DNA of 60,158 nt from Sedimenticolaceae bacterium (GCA_050300835.1 JBNKYJ010000145.1:1-60158), one strand, 5' to 3'; counted from the first letter of the stretch, positions 38,501-49,596 are shown. The notes: a model not told the origin generated them from the letters alone. Numbers and translations are program-made.

Positions 38501-39517
38501 TCAGAGATGGCTGCCGTAACGCTCCATCAGATAACAGAGACAATCCTGTCGGATCACCTCGATGTCCTTGGTCAGCATGGAGGGCATCACCGTGCGCCGC
38601 AGAAAGAGCCTTCCGTCCCTGAGCGCCAGATAGTTCCGCAGCACATCCCGCCCCTGTTCGTCGCGCACATCCAACAGGGAGAGTCCGCTGCCGTTGATCC
38701 GGCCAAGAGGCGTACCCGGAAGCAACTCCTGGAAGTTGAGTCGGTCGAGATCGGGTTCGAAGACGATATCCCCGGCCGCCGGCGCAAAGCCGATGTCCGC
38801 CTGCGGCGATACGGTGATCCGGGCCACGGTATGAAACAGGTCGATGTCCTGGTGAGTCACGGGATGCTGCGGATGTTCGGCCAGGTGCAGACAGGCCTCC
38901 AGGTACTCCTCCGCGTGCTCGACCCCGTGCACCTGGCCAACCTTGCCGCACTCCAGGGTCACCGCCGGACAGAGTTCGGCAAAGGCCATCGACTGCACCC
39001 CCTTGGGCCGCAGGAAATAGACCACGGTGCGAGCGAACAGCAGGGCCAGATGCAGAAAGGGCGTATCCAACCGGTTGACGCAGGCATAGTGGGGATTGAG
39101 TCCGGTGTTGTTGTGCACGTCGATGCTGGCGAAAGGCGCGCGTTCACGCATGATCTCCACCACCCGCGCCATCATGCGCGCTTCGGGGCTCTGCTGATCC
39201 TCCTCGCCACCCGGCCAGACCCGGTTGAAATCGGGCTGTCCGGGTAAGCGGCGCATCCGATTGGCCGCCGCCTCCACGTTACCGATGAAGAGACTCATCG
39301 CCCGCGGCAGTGCCCGTCCCCCCTCATAGCGCGCCAGCAGACGCCGTACCGCCTCCCAGCCGACGGTCTCGTTGCCGTGCATCAGGATAGAGACGAACAA
39401 CGGCGCCGGACGCTGTCCGGGCAGATGGATCAGGGTCGGCCCCTGTAGCCGCTCCGCCAAGTGTTCCGCCTCAACCTGGAGCAGCCCCTCGGGCAGATCG
39501 TGGATTTCTCGCAGCAT
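38501..39517 (-). CDS. M14-family metallopeptidase (succinylglutamate desuccinylase/aspartoacylase-like)
   Basis: HGNE, GNVEAA, DFNRVW, DVHN, TLECG motifs. Confidence 0.82.
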   Translation of the reverse strand: MLREIHDLPEGLLQVEAEHLAERLQGPTLIHLPGQRPAPLFVSILMHGNETVGWEAVRRLLARYEGGRALPRAMSLFIGNVEAAANRMRRLPGQPDFNRVWPGGEEDQQSPEARMMARVVEIMRERAPFASIDVHNNTGLNPHYACVNRLDTPFLHLALLFARTVVYFLRPKGVQSMAFAELCPAVTLECGKVGQVHGVEHAEEYLEACLHLAEHPQHPVTHQDIDLFHTVARITVSPQADIGFAPAAGDIVFEPDLDRLNFQELLPGTPLGRINGSGLSLLDVRDEQGRDVLRNYLALRDGRLFLRRTVMPSMLTKDIEVIRQDCLCYLMERYGSHL

Positions 39518-39532
39518 CTTCACATCCCCAGC

Positions 39533-40954
39533 TTACAGCGACCAATCGTGCACGGCACGACCACTCTCCTGATGACTCAGATAGTCCTGCATCAATCCGT
39601 GAAACTCCCGTCCATGACGGGCCACCCAGCCGCGCTGCCAGGCGGCGCCGGTCTGACGTTTCGCCACCCGGCGTTCGATGATACCGAGCCAATGCTCGAT
39701 CTCTTCCGCGTCTACCTGCAGACGCCCGAGGCCGGCCCTGGCCACCGGCAGCAGCTTGTCGGCGATCAGCTGCCCCATCTCCACCCGCTCGATGTCGAAC
39801 CAGGCCACCTCGGCTGACAAGCCGGCACGAGCGGCGGCGTAGAAATTGCTGCGGGCACGGTCGAATTTCAAACGCTCGGTCGGTTGTGACTCCCGTTCCA
39901 GCAGACCGACCACCAGACCGAAATAGAAAGCGGCGTTGGCGATCGAATCGACGATGCTCGGACCCGCCGGCACCACCCGATGCTCGATTCGCAGGTGCGG
40001 TTCCCCCGCTTCATCAAAGCCGATCAGCGGGCGATTCCAGCGCCAGATGGTACCGTTGTGCAAACGCAGATGCGGCAGTCGCTCGGTGGGCTCGTCCATC
40101 ACTAGAGGCAGCAGTACGGGATAGCGCAGCAGATTGGCGGTGAAGTTCTCCATCATTGATTCGTAGACATAGCGGATACCGAAGCTGACCCGCTTGGTCA
40201 GGTCCGAACTGCCGACGGAGATCGACTGCTCGAACAGGGGGATACGCGTCTCGTCCCACAGATCACAGCCGAAGAGGTAGGGTGAATTGGCGCTGACCGC
40301 CACCATCGGCGCGGAGACGATCTTCGACAGGTTGTAGAGCGCGGCCGCCTGCTTGGCGTCGTCCGCCTGTAGGTGGATCTGGAACGAGGTGGCGGCCGAC
40401 TCCAGCATCACATCCTCGTGGATCAGGTGCAGCGCCTCCCGCCCCTCGATGTCGAGCCGGACCGGCTGGCCATTGCGGAGTCGAAATATCTGCTCGTTGA
40501 GCGCCCGGTAGCGATTGAGCGGTGACATATTGGACAGGCTGAGCGCCGATTGTTGCAGGGTTGGCAGCACGCCGATCATGCCCATACGCAAACCCAGCTC
40601 ACCGGCACGCAGGTTGCACTTCCCCCAGAGAGCCTCCAGCTCGCGTGCCATGCGAGCGAAGACATCGCCCCGCAGCGGCCGGGCACGGCTATTGAGCTCC
40701 AGATTGAAGGTGGCCAGTTCGGGCACCACCAACGGCTCATCGAAGCCTTGCATGAAGACCTGGTTCTCAGGTGCCGGATCACCGTTTTCCTGCAGCAGAC
40801 AGGCCTCCAGTTCCATACCGCCCAGACGCTCACGGTGAGAAAAGCGCCCCTCCTCGAACCACTGCGAAAGCAGCCGTGTTTCGTCCTCGAGACGTCGCGC
40901 GAACTCGGCGAAATCCGCTTCGGTAAAACGGCTGGAGGATATCTCCTGTCCCAT
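39533..40954 (-). CDS. Glutamate--cysteine ligase family 2 (GCS2)-like carboxylate-amine ligase
   Basis: GMELEACL, ELATFNLELN, SFQIHLQ, SANSPYL, ETRIPLF, RWNRP, RIEHR. Confidence 0.8.
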   Translation of the reverse strand: MGQEISSSRFTEADFAEFARRLEDETRLLSQWFEEGRFSHRERLGGMELEACLLQENGDPAPENQVFMQGFDEPLVVPELATFNLELNSRARPLRGDVFARMARELEALWGKCNLRAGELGLRMGMIGVLPTLQQSALSLSNMSPLNRYRALNEQIFRLRNGQPVRLDIEGREALHLIHEDVMLESAATSFQIHLQADDAKQAAALYNLSKIVSAPMVAVSANSPYLFGCDLWDETRIPLFEQSISVGSSDLTKRVSFGIRYVYESMMENFTANLLRYPVLLPLVMDEPTERLPHLRLHNGTIWRWNRPLIGFDEAGEPHLRIEHRVVPAGPSIVDSIANAAFYFGLVVGLLERESQPTERLKFDRARSNFYAAARAGLSAEVAWFDIERVEMGQLIADKLLPVARAGLGRLQVDAEEIEHWLGIIERRVAKRQTGAAWQRGWVARHGREFHGLMQDYLSHQESGRAVHDWSL

Positions 40955-40958
40955 CGTT

Positions 40959-41672
<714 letters not shown>

Positions 41673-41711
41673 CTAGCAATGAATCGCTGCCGGATGCCAT
41701 GCCGCCCACGC

Positions 41712-41738
41712 AAAAGAAAAGGGGCCGGTTGGCCCCTT
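41712..41738 (-). terminator. Intrinsic terminator after rho
   Basis: AAGGGGCC-AACC-GGCCCC-TTTTCTTTT on the minus strand. Confidence 0.75.
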
Positions 41739-41766
41739 GTATGAGATATCGGCAGCGAACCCCGCG

Positions 41767-43023
41767 TCAGCCCTTCATGGCCTCGAAGAACTCTTCATTG
41801 GTCTTCGAGATCTTCAGCTTGTCGAACAGGAACTCCATGGCCGCGAGTTCGTCCATCGGATGCAGGATCTTGCGCAGGATCCACATCTTCTGCAACTCGT
41901 CGGGTTTCATCAGCAGCTCTTCACGGCGGGTGCCGGAGCGGTTGATGTTGATGGAGGGGAAGATGCGCTTCTCGGCGATGCGGCGGTCCAGGTGGACCTC
42001 CATGTTGCCGGTGCCCTTGAACTCCTCGTAGATGACGTCGTCCATGCGCGAACCGGTGTCGACCAGGGCGGTGGCGAGAATGGTCAGGGAACCGCCCTCC
42101 TCCACGTTACGGGCGGCGCCGAAGAAGCGCTTCGGACGTTGCAGGGCGTTGGCGTCGACACCGCCGGTCAGCACCTTACCCGAGGAGGGCACCACGGTGT
42201 TGTAGGCGCGCGCCAGACGGGTGATGGAGTCGAGCAGGATCACCACGTCGCGCTTGTGCTCGACCAGACGCTTGGCCTTCTCGATCACCATCTCGGCCAC
42301 CTGCACATGGCGCGTGGCCGGTTCGTCGAAGGTACTGGAGATCACCTCGCCGCGCACCGAACGGGCCATCTCGGTCACCTCTTCGGGCCGCTCGTCGATC
42401 AGCAGCACGATGACGTAGCACTCGGGATGGTTATGCGTGATCGACTGGGCGATGTTCTGCAGCATCATGGTCTTGCCCGCTTTCGGCGGCGAGACGATCA
42501 GGCCGCGCTGCCCCTTGCCGATGGGCGCCACCAGATCGATGGTGCGGGCGGTGATGTCCTCGGTGCTGCCGTTGCCGATCTCGAGATGGAACCGCTTGTT
42601 GGCGAACAGGGGCGTGAAGTTCTCGAACAGAATCTTGCTCTTGGCGTTCTCCGGCTTGTCGTAGTTGATCTCGTCCACCTTGAGCAGGGCGAAGTAGCGT
42701 TCGCCATCCTTCGGGGGCCGGATCTTGCCGGAGATGGTGTCGCCGGTACGCAATGCGAAACGGCGGATCTGACTGGGCGAGACATAGATGTCATCGGGAC
42801 CCGCAAGATAGGAGCTGTCGCCGGAGCGCAGAAAACCGAAACCGTCCTGCAGGATCTCCAATACGCCGTCGCCGTAGATACTTTCGCCTTTCTTGGCATG
42901 GGCCTTGAGAATGGCAAAGATCAGATCCTGTTTGCGGGTCCGGGCCATGCCCTCGATGTTCATTTGCTGGGCCAGCTCGGTCAGTTCGGCAACCGGCATC
43001 TTCTTCAATTCAGTCAGATTCAT
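41767..43023 (-). CDS. rho: Transcription termination factor Rho
   Basis: [33 protein letters not shown]. Confidence 0.98.
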   Translation of the reverse strand: MNLTELKKMPVAELTELAQQMNIEGMARTRKQDLIFAILKAHAKKGESIYGDGVLEILQDGFGFLRSGDSSYLAGPDDIYVSPSQIRRFALRTGDTISGKIRPPKDGERYFALLKVDEINYDKPENAKSKILFENFTPLFANKRFHLEIGNGSTEDITARTIDLVAPIGKGQRGLIVSPPKAGKTMMLQNIAQSITHNHPECYVIVLLIDERPEEVTEMARSVRGEVISSTFDEPATRHVQVAEMVIEKAKRLVEHKRDVVILLDSITRLARAYNTVVPSSGKVLTGGVDANALQRPKRFFGAARNVEEGGSLTILATALVDTGSRMDDVIYEEFKGTGNMEVHLDRRIAEKRIFPSININRSGTRREELLMKPDELQKMWILRKILHPMDELAAMEFLFDKLKISKTNEEFFEAMKG

Positions 43024-43194
43024 AGTGGTGTAGGAGTTGTGGTTTCTTCAGGGGTTCTCGGGGAAAGGATGTACACCTCAGAAGGGTGTAGCCGGATAAA
43101 ATGTTTGCGTTCCGGGCAGACGTGAAGCGGTTCAGGAAGGCTTGGCGCCCGCAGACGGCGGGCGGCGATGGCGGCTCCGCGCCTGCGGTTGTCG

Positions 43195-43521
43195 TTACAG
43201 GTTACTATCGATAAAGGCGACCAATTGCGATTTGGAGACGGCACCCACCTTGGTGGCCTCGACCTCGCCATTCTTGAACAGCATCAGCGTTGGGATGCCG
43301 CGAATGCCATAGCGGGGAGGCGTGTCAGGGTTCTCGTCGATGTTCAATTTGGCGACTTTCAAACGGCCGGAATACTCTGTGGCGATTTCATCCAGTACCG
43401 GCGCAATCATCTTACAGGGACCGCACCACTCCGCCCAATAATCAATCAGTACTGGCTCACTGGACTTGAGGACGTCCGATTCGAAGGAGTCATCGGTAAC
43501 ATGAACAATCTGCTCACTCAT
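43195..43521 (-). CDS. trxA: Thioredoxin
   Basis: [11 protein letters not shown]; trxA-rho synteny; start MSEQIVHV. Confidence 0.97.
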   Translation of the reverse strand: MSEQIVHVTDDSFESDVLKSSEPVLIDYWAEWCGPCKMIAPVLDEIATEYSGRLKVAKLNIDENPDTPPRYGIRGIPTLMLFKNGEVEATKVGAVSKSQLVAFIDSNL

Positions 43522-43723
43522 TGATTGAGTATCTCCGACCATATTTGGGAGTAAATTTGGGGCAGATGCGGACGCCATCCGCATGCCTCTGTATGAATCC
43601 AGAACGATTCCATGAGTCAATGAAATTGAAAATATGGGAGGGCGTCTGGACGAGAATGGATATTCAAGCCTAAAACATTCCGTATTTCAAGACCTCAGAG
43701 CAATTTCGGCCATTATTTGCCGA

Positions 43724-44041
43724 CTATGCGGATACTTCGGCGCCCAGTCCGTTCAAAAGCGGCTCGATCCGGCACAGATGAGCGATCGACCGCATGGCCT
43801 CAGGCAACCCCTGCACGGCCACTTCGGTACCGACGACGGCCGCTCGCGCCTTCCACTCCAGCAGCAGGGCCAGCCCGGCGCTGTCAGCGGCCGTGACCCG
43901 GGAGAGGTCGATCTCCAGATCCTGGGGCTTGTTGAAATAGGTCTCCGACTGGCGCAGCAGCTGCTTCGCCGTGGCGTAGGTCATCTCACCTTCGACATGG
44001 AAGCGGAAGGCCCCGTCTCTCACGATCTGCGCTTCGGCCAC
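43724..44041 (-). CDS. mlaB: STAS-domain protein of the Mla system
   Basis: DLSRVTAADSAGLALLLEW; last gene of the mla operon. Confidence 0.85.
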   Translation of the reverse strand: MAEAQIVRDGAFRFHVEGEMTYATAKQLLRQSETYFNKPQDLEIDLSRVTAADSAGLALLLEWKARAAVVGTEVAVQGLPEAMRSIAHLCRIEPLLNGLGAEVSA

Positions 44042-44048
44042 CCTGGGG

Positions 44049-44525
44049 TCACTCCTGAACGGCGGCGTTCTCTTCCGCCTTGCTGAAGAGGAATTGACCG
44101 ATGATCTCTTCCAGCACCAGCGCCGACTGGGTGATCATGATCTCGCTGCCTTGCTGCAGATTCTCCAGGCTACCGCCGGGATCAAACCCGACATACTGTT
44201 CACCCAACAGACCCGAGGTATAGATCTTGGCGATGGTATCCTCGGGAATCTTGTCGTAAGCCGGCTCGATCTGCATGGTGACCACGGCTTCAAAGCTCTT
44301 CTGATCGTAGCCGATGTCGACCACCCGGCCGATGCGCACGCCCGCCATCGACACCGGAGACCTCACCTTGAGGCCGCCGATATTGTCGAAGCGTGCCTTC
44401 ACCTCATAACCGTCGCTGGTCGTGATGCTGGCCAGGTTACTCACCTGCATGGCGAGAAAAAAGAGCGCAACCAGGCCTGCCGCCATGAAGGCGCCGACAG
44501 CGATTTCCACCAGTCTACTGTTCAT
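44049..44525 (-). CDS. mlaD: MCE-domain protein MlaD
   Basis: EIAVGAF, FDNIGGLKVRSPVSMAGVRIGRV, TSGLLGEQY, TQSALVLE. Confidence 0.93.
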   Translation of the reverse strand: MNSRLVEIAVGAFMAAGLVALFFLAMQVSNLASITTSDGYEVKARFDNIGGLKVRSPVSMAGVRIGRVVDIGYDQKSFEAVVTMQIEPAYDKIPEDTIAKIYTSGLLGEQYVGFDPGGSLENLQQGSEIMITQSALVLEEIIGQFLFSKAEENAAVQE

Positions 44526-44526
44526 C

Positions 44527-45306
44527 TCATTCTCCAAACATCAACGCGGTCAGCACAAAGTCGAGCACCAGCACCGCCAGTGCGGAGTGGACCACCGTCT
44601 GCGTGGTGGACCGGCTCACCCCGGTCGAGGTGGGCACCGTGTCATAGCCCTGAAACAGCGCGATCCAGGTGCAGACCACGCCGAACACCAGGCTTTTGAT
44701 GACCCCGTTCACCACATCTTCGTTCCAATCGATCTTGGCCTGCATCTGGCTCCAGAAGGCGCCGTCATCCACCCCCAGCAGACCCACACTGACGAAGTAG
44801 CCGCCCAGCACGCCCACGGCGCTGAACATGGCCGCCAGCAGGGGCATGGAGATGAAACCGGCGAAGAAGCGGGGGGTGAGTATGCGGCGGATCGGATCGA
44901 CCGCCATCATCTCGAGCCCCGACAGCTGCTCGGTGGCCTTCATCAGACCGATCTCCGCCGTCAGCGCGGAACCGGCGCGACCGGCGAACAGCAGTGCTGT
45001 CACCACCGGCCCGAGTTCGCGCACCAGGGAGGCGGCGACCATTACGCCCAGGCTGTCCTCGGCGGCGAACTGGGAGAGCACGTAATAACCCTGCAGGCCC
45101 AGCACCATGCCCACGAACAGCCCCGAGACGACGACGATCACAATGGTGCGCACACCGATGCTCTGGATCTGCGTCACCAGCAGACCGAGGCGCGGCAGCA
45201 GGCTGGTGATACCGGCCAGAATCTGCAACAGCAGCAGGTGGCCGCGTCCCAGCCGCTCCAGGGCCTGGATGCCTTTGCGTCCGAACAGGGCCAGGGTATC
45301 GAACAT
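44527..45306 (-). CDS. mlaE: Mla ABC permease
   Basis: [32 protein letters not shown]. Confidence 0.95.
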   Translation of the reverse strand: MFDTLALFGRKGIQALERLGRGHLLLLQILAGITSLLPRLGLLVTQIQSIGVRTIVIVVVSGLFVGMVLGLQGYYVLSQFAAEDSLGVMVAASLVRELGPVVTALLFAGRAGSALTAEIGLMKATEQLSGLEMMAVDPIRRILTPRFFAGFISMPLLAAMFSAVGVLGGYFVSVGLLGVDDGAFWSQMQAKIDWNEDVVNGVIKSLVFGVVCTWIALFQGYDTVPTSTGVSRSTTQTVVHSALAVLVLDFVLTALMFGE

Positions 45307-46121
45307 CACTTGGCACCCCGCATACTCAGCAGGTCCTCCGGCAACGACGGCGCCTCGTAGTGAAAGCCGACCGGCCCGTCGGGCAGGCCACTCATGAACT
45401 GGCGCACCGCCTCCGACGAGGAGGCCTCGATCTGATCCGGAGTACCGTGCTCGAGCACCTTGCCGCCGTTGATGACATAGATGTAGTCCGAAATACCCGC
45501 CGTCTCCTCCACATCGTGCGAAACCAGAATGCTGGTCAGACCCACCGCGTCGTTGAGCCGGCGCACCAGCTGCGCCAATACGCCCATGGAGATGGGGTCC
45601 TGGCCGGTGAAGGGCTCGTCGTACATCACCATCATGGGATCGAGGGCGATGGCGCGCGCCAGGGCGACGCGGCGCGCCATGCCCCCGGAGAGCGCGGAGG
45701 GCATCAGATCCCGCGCACCGCGCAGGCCCACTGCCTCCAGTTTCATCAGCACCAGTCGGCGAATCATCGTCTCCGGCAGGTCGGTGTGTTCGCGCAGGGG
45801 ATAGGCCACGTTGTCATAGACCGTGAGGTCGGTCAGCAGCGCGCCGGTCTGAAACAGCATACCCATGCGCATGCGTAGTTTGTAGAGCGCCGAACGCGAC
45901 AGCTTGTGCACATTCAGCCCGTCCACCTCGATACTCCCGCGAGCGGGCTGCAGCTGTCCGCCGATCAGCTTCAACAGCGTAGTCTTTCCGGTGCCGCTGG
46001 GGCCCATGATGGCCGTCACCTTGCCCCGGGGGATATCGATATCCACGCCATCGAATATGACGCGCTCGCCACGAGCGAAGTGAAGATCACGGATTTTTAT
46101 CAGCGGCTGGACGTTGTTCAC
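45306..46121 (-). CDS. mlaF: Mla ABC ATPase
   Basis: [32 protein letters not shown]. Confidence 0.95.
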   Translation of the reverse strand: MNNVQPLIKIRDLHFARGERVIFDGVDIDIPRGKVTAIMGPSGTGKTTLLKLIGGQLQPARGSIEVDGLNVHKLSRSALYKLRMRMGMLFQTGALLTDLTVYDNVAYPLREHTDLPETMIRRLVLMKLEAVGLRGARDLMPSALSGGMARRVALARAIALDPMMVMYDEPFTGQDPISMGVLAQLVRRLNDAVGLTSILVSHDVEETAGISDYIYVINGGKVLEHGTPDQIEASSSEAVRQFMSGLPDGPVGFHYEAPSLPEDLLSMRGAK

Positions 46122-46391
46122 AGTGGTCTGTTGCGGGATGGCGGGCGTGTTGCCCCGGAAACCCGGCCATTGTGTCGGCGGGACCTGGGGGCGTCAAGCC
46201 AATCCCTTTAAATGTGGTGACTGGGCCGGGGGTGTGACAATCCGGTAAATCGTTGCGGGCCGACCTCGGCGCGTCGCACTCTGCCGCACCCCTCCTGCGC
46301 TTCGGATTTGCGGACTCCACTCTTCGGACGTATAGGTGAATCCCGGGTGCCGACTCAGGCATAATCCCGGGAACGAGCACGGGGAGAGGAG

Positions 46392-46577
46392 ATGGCGGAG
46401 ATTCTCAAATTCAAACGACCCAAAGCCGCCGAGCGGCATAAAGGCAAGGGGCTCTGTCGCGAGGGTTTCCACAAGTGGGAAGTCGACAAAGCCTCGGTCT
46501 TCGACGTCAAGCAAGGCCGGCTGGTGACCCGCTACCGCTGCCGGCGCTGCGGCAAGCTGCGCACCAGCGCCGACTGA
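46392..46577 (+). CDS. Small basic putative zinc-ribbon protein
   Basis: Strong SD GAGGAG; LCREGFHKW...YRCRRCGK (C/H + CxxC). Confidence 0.7.
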   Translation: MAEILKFKRPKAAERHKGKGLCREGFHKWEVDKASVFDVKQGRLVTRYRCRRCGKLRTSAD

Positions 46578-46578
46578 T

Positions 46579-46887
46579 TCAGATCAGCAGGCGCTCGACC
46601 ACTTCGCCACCGACCAGGTGCTTTTCGAAGATCTCGTCCATATCTTCCCGGTCCACGTAGGTGTACCAGACCTCATCGGGGTAGACCACCATCACCGGTC
46701 CCAGAGAGCAGCGGTCGAGACAACCCGCGGTATTCACCCGGATACCGCCGGGCCCAGCCATCCCCGCCTCCTTGACCCGCTTTTTCAAATAGTCCCGCAT
46801 GCGCTTGGCCCCATGCTGGGCGCAGAAGGGGCGGCCGTCGTCCCTTTCATTGACACAGAAGAAGAGGTGGTATCGATAATATGACAT
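46579..46887 (-). CDS. Thioredoxin-like [2Fe-2S] ferredoxin
   Basis: HLFFCVNER..C..., GCLDRCSLGPVMVVYPDEVWY. Confidence 0.9.
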   Translation of the reverse strand: MSYYRYHLFFCVNERDDGRPFCAQHGAKRMRDYLKKRVKEAGMAGPGGIRVNTAGCLDRCSLGPVMVVYPDEVWYTYVDREDMDEIFEKHLVGGEVVERLLI

Positions 46888-46972
46888 GATGGCTGACTTC
46901 CCGCGGTGATCGCTGAACCGTTAACCGCTATTATAGGGGCTGATTCAGCCATACCACCTCGTCCATCGTAAC

Positions 46973-48157
46973 GTGACCCCCGAACACCTGCTGAAAGAGG
47001 CGGACCGCTGTGTGAAGTGCGGTCTCTGCCTGCCCCATTGCCCGACCTACCTGAAATGGGAGAGCGAAGCCGACTCCCCGCGCGGACGCATCAGCCTGGT
47101 CCAGGCCCTGGCTGCCGGCGAGCTGCGTGACAGCCCGGGAGTGGAGCGCCATCTCGAGCGCTGCCTCGGGTGTCTGGCCTGCGAGGCCGCCTGCCCGTCG
47201 GGTGTCCATTACGGCCAGCTCATCGATGGCGGACGCACCCTGCTCAACCGGCAACGCCCCTTACGACAGCGTTGGCGGCGGCTGTTCGATCTGCTCAGCG
47301 ACCGTCACCGGCTAGACCGCTGGCGCTCCTGGTACGGCCTGCTGCGGCGTCTGCGGCTGACCCGCCTGGCGGCTCTGCTGCCAACGGCCAACTGGCGCCG
47401 CCTGGCCAAAATGGGCGAGCAGCTATCCGCAGAAACAGACCCTCTGACCGGGCTCCATCCGGCGGCGCGACCCACCGGCAGGCTGGTGCAGCTCTTCATC
47501 GGCTGTGTCGGCAGCCAGACCGAACAGGCCCTGATCCGGCAGGCGATCGCCCTGCTCTGCGGTCTCGGCTTCGCGGTGGAGATCCCCGAGGCACAGGCCT
47601 GCTGTGGCGCCATCCACCGCCACAACGGATATCCCGAGCAAGCCGATACCCTCTGCAGCGACAACCGTCGCCTGCTGCAGGGCAGTCGCGCAGAGGCGTT
47701 GATCACCCTAGCCAGCGCCTGCCAGCTGGAGCTCTCCGTCCATCTCGACAGCCCGCTGCCGGTAACGGCCCTGACCGACTTCCTGCTCAGCCTGCCAGCC
47801 GGCTCGCTGGCGCCCCTGCAGCCCCTCCGGCAGCGGGTGGCGCTGCATATCCCCTGCACCGGCCGGGGGGATCGCAGTCGCCAGCTGCTCGAACGCATCC
47901 CCGACATCGAACTCATCGAACTGCCGGAAAACGCACTCTGTTGCGGAGCGGCGGGCACCTATCTGCTGACCCAGGCGGAGACCTCCATCAGCCTGGGCAG
48001 CGCCAAGATCGAGCACCTGCGGGCCAGCGGCGCGGAAATACTCGTCACCAGCAATACCGGTTGCGCCCTCCAGTTCCGCCAGCTGCTACGGGAGGCCGGG
48101 CTGGGGGTGGAGGTGCTGCATCCCATGCAACTTCTTTTCAGACAGATGAAGGCTTGA
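46973..48157 (+). CDS. GlcF-like Fe-S protein (2x[4Fe-4S] + CCG domains)
   Basis: CVKCGLCLPHCP, CLGCLACEAACP, ACCGA, LCCGAAG, SNTGC. Confidence 0.85.
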   Translation: MTPEHLLKEADRCVKCGLCLPHCPTYLKWESEADSPRGRISLVQALAAGELRDSPGVERHLERCLGCLACEAACPSGVHYGQLIDGGRTLLNRQRPLRQRWRRLFDLLSDRHRLDRWRSWYGLLRRLRLTRLAALLPTANWRRLAKMGEQLSAETDPLTGLHPAARPTGRLVQLFIGCVGSQTEQALIRQAIALLCGLGFAVEIPEAQACCGAIHRHNGYPEQADTLCSDNRRLLQGSRAEALITLASACQLELSVHLDSPLPVTALTDFLLSLPAGSLAPLQPLRQRVALHIPCTGRGDRSRQLLERIPDIELIELPENALCCGAAGTYLLTQAETSISLGSAKIEHLRASGAEILVTSNTGCALQFRQLLREAGLGVEVLHPMQLLFRQMKA

Positions 48158-48188
48158 AGCCGTCCCCTGCCGGCGCTAAGGTTTGGTC

Positions 48189-48833
48189 ATGACACAGAGA
48201 GATTTCACCCCAACCGACCGCCTGCTGATGGGTTTCGACCAGGCCCTGCGCACCCTCTTCGGACGCCCCCTGGTGACCGAGCGCAGCGACCCCGCAGACA
48301 ACTTTGCGGAGGCCGAACTGAGTGATCACGAGCGGGATCTGACCGGCCGCCTGATGCGCATCAACCATACCGGCGAAGTGTGCGCCCAGGCGTTGTACCA
48401 GGGGCAGGCGCTGACCGCCAAACTGCCGGAAGTCCGCTCGAGCATGGAGCGGGCGGCACAGGAGGAGAACGACCATCTGGAGTGGTGCGAAGCGCGCCTG
48501 AAAGCGCTCGACAACCGTAAAAGCCTGCTCAACCCCTTCTGGTACACGGGCTCCTTTCTCATCGGCGCCGCCGCCGGCCTGGCGGGCGACAAATGGAGCC
48601 TGGGCTTCGTGGCGGAGACCGAGCACCAGGTCGAGGACCACCTGGAGAGCCACCTGAAACGGCTACCCTCCCAGGACCAGAAGAGCCGGGCAGTGCTGGA
48701 GCAGATGAAAGAGGATGAGGTTCACCACGCGACCGTGGCGCTCGAGGCGGGAGGAGCTGAGCTACCCGGGCCGGTCAAGCTGGCCATGAAGCTCACCTCG
48801 AAGTTGATGACCAAGTCGGTCTACTACCTCTAG
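48189..48833 (+). CDS. coq7: Demethoxyubiquinone hydroxylase (di-iron)
   Basis: MRINHTGEVCAQALYQGQ, EENDH, ETEHQVEDHL, DEVHH. Confidence 0.93.
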   Translation: MTQRDFTPTDRLLMGFDQALRTLFGRPLVTERSDPADNFAEAELSDHERDLTGRLMRINHTGEVCAQALYQGQALTAKLPEVRSSMERAAQEENDHLEWCEARLKALDNRKSLLNPFWYTGSFLIGAAAGLAGDKWSLGFVAETEHQVEDHLESHLKRLPSQDQKSRAVLEQMKEDEVHHATVALEAGGAELPGPVKLAMKLTSKLMTKSVYYL

Positions 48834-48857
48834 GATAGCGCTTTTGAAATCCGCACC

Positions 48858-49019
48858 CTAACCCGCATGCGGGGTGTGCTGGACATATTCGGTCTCGACC
48901 ACCTGGTCTCTGTCCGTGGCGCTGACCTGAACCGCCAGGGTCATGCCGAGTCCGATCACCACCAGGACCAGCAGAACCGCAAAGAAGTCGGGGGCGCGAT
49001 GGGGATGATGTCTGTTCAT
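48858..49019 (-). CDS. Small single-TM protein, 53 aa (absent from the ORF track)
   Basis: MNRHHPHRAPDFFAVLLVLVVIGLGMTLAVQVSATDRDQVVETEYVQHTPHAG*; purine-rich GGTAGG upstream; GC-rich third codon positions. Confidence 0.62.
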   Translation of the reverse strand: MNRHHPHRAPDFFAVLLVLVVIGLGMTLAVQVSATDRDQVVETEYVQHTPHAG

Positions 49020-49116
49020 TGCCTACCAATCCATTCAATCAGTTAACTCAAACTATTAATCCTGCTCATCAACTCAACCTTGAACCTGTTCACGTTACTG
49101 TACAGTTTTTGCACAG

Positions 49117-49596
49117 TCAGGGGGTGGATTGTGAATCCGATGCAGTTTCCGAGGCACCTCGTTCCTTGAGAAAGCCCTCGACCGCCTGATGTCCGCCCCG
49201 TTTGGCCAGCGCCAGAGCGGTGGCTCCCGAGGCATCCGCCTTGTTCAGCGCGGCACCCCGCTGCACCAGCAGCCGCACCACCTCCAGATGGCCATAGGCC
49301 GCCGCGTCCATCAGTGGGGTGCTCCCCATGGGACCGGTGACATTGGGATCCGCACCGGCGGCAAGAAGCACCCGGACCGTTCTGCTGTTGCCGTTGAAGG
49401 CCGCCAGATGGAGCAGCGATCGACCCGCACTATTGGTGCTATTGACGTCACCGCCCTGGGCCAACAGATCCCCGACCCGCTGCACTTCACCCTGCGACAC
49501 AGCGGCCACCAGGGCCTGACCGGTCGGGGTCGCATCGGCCGCCAGGAGCATACCCGTCGCGAGCATCAGCACGATTGCCGTTGTCAGCTTTTTCAT
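49117..49596 (-). CDS. Secreted ankyrin-repeat protein
   Basis: Signal peptide MKKLTTAI; GRSLLHLAA, GSTPLMDAA, GATALALA repeats. Confidence 0.88.
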   Translation of the reverse strand: MKKLTTAIVLMLATGMLLAADATPTGQALVAAVSQGEVQRVGDLLAQGGDVNSTNSAGRSLLHLAAFNGNSRTVRVLLAAGADPNVTGPMGSTPLMDAAAYGHLEVVRLLVQRGAALNKADASGATALALAKRGGHQAVEGFLKERGASETASDSQSTP

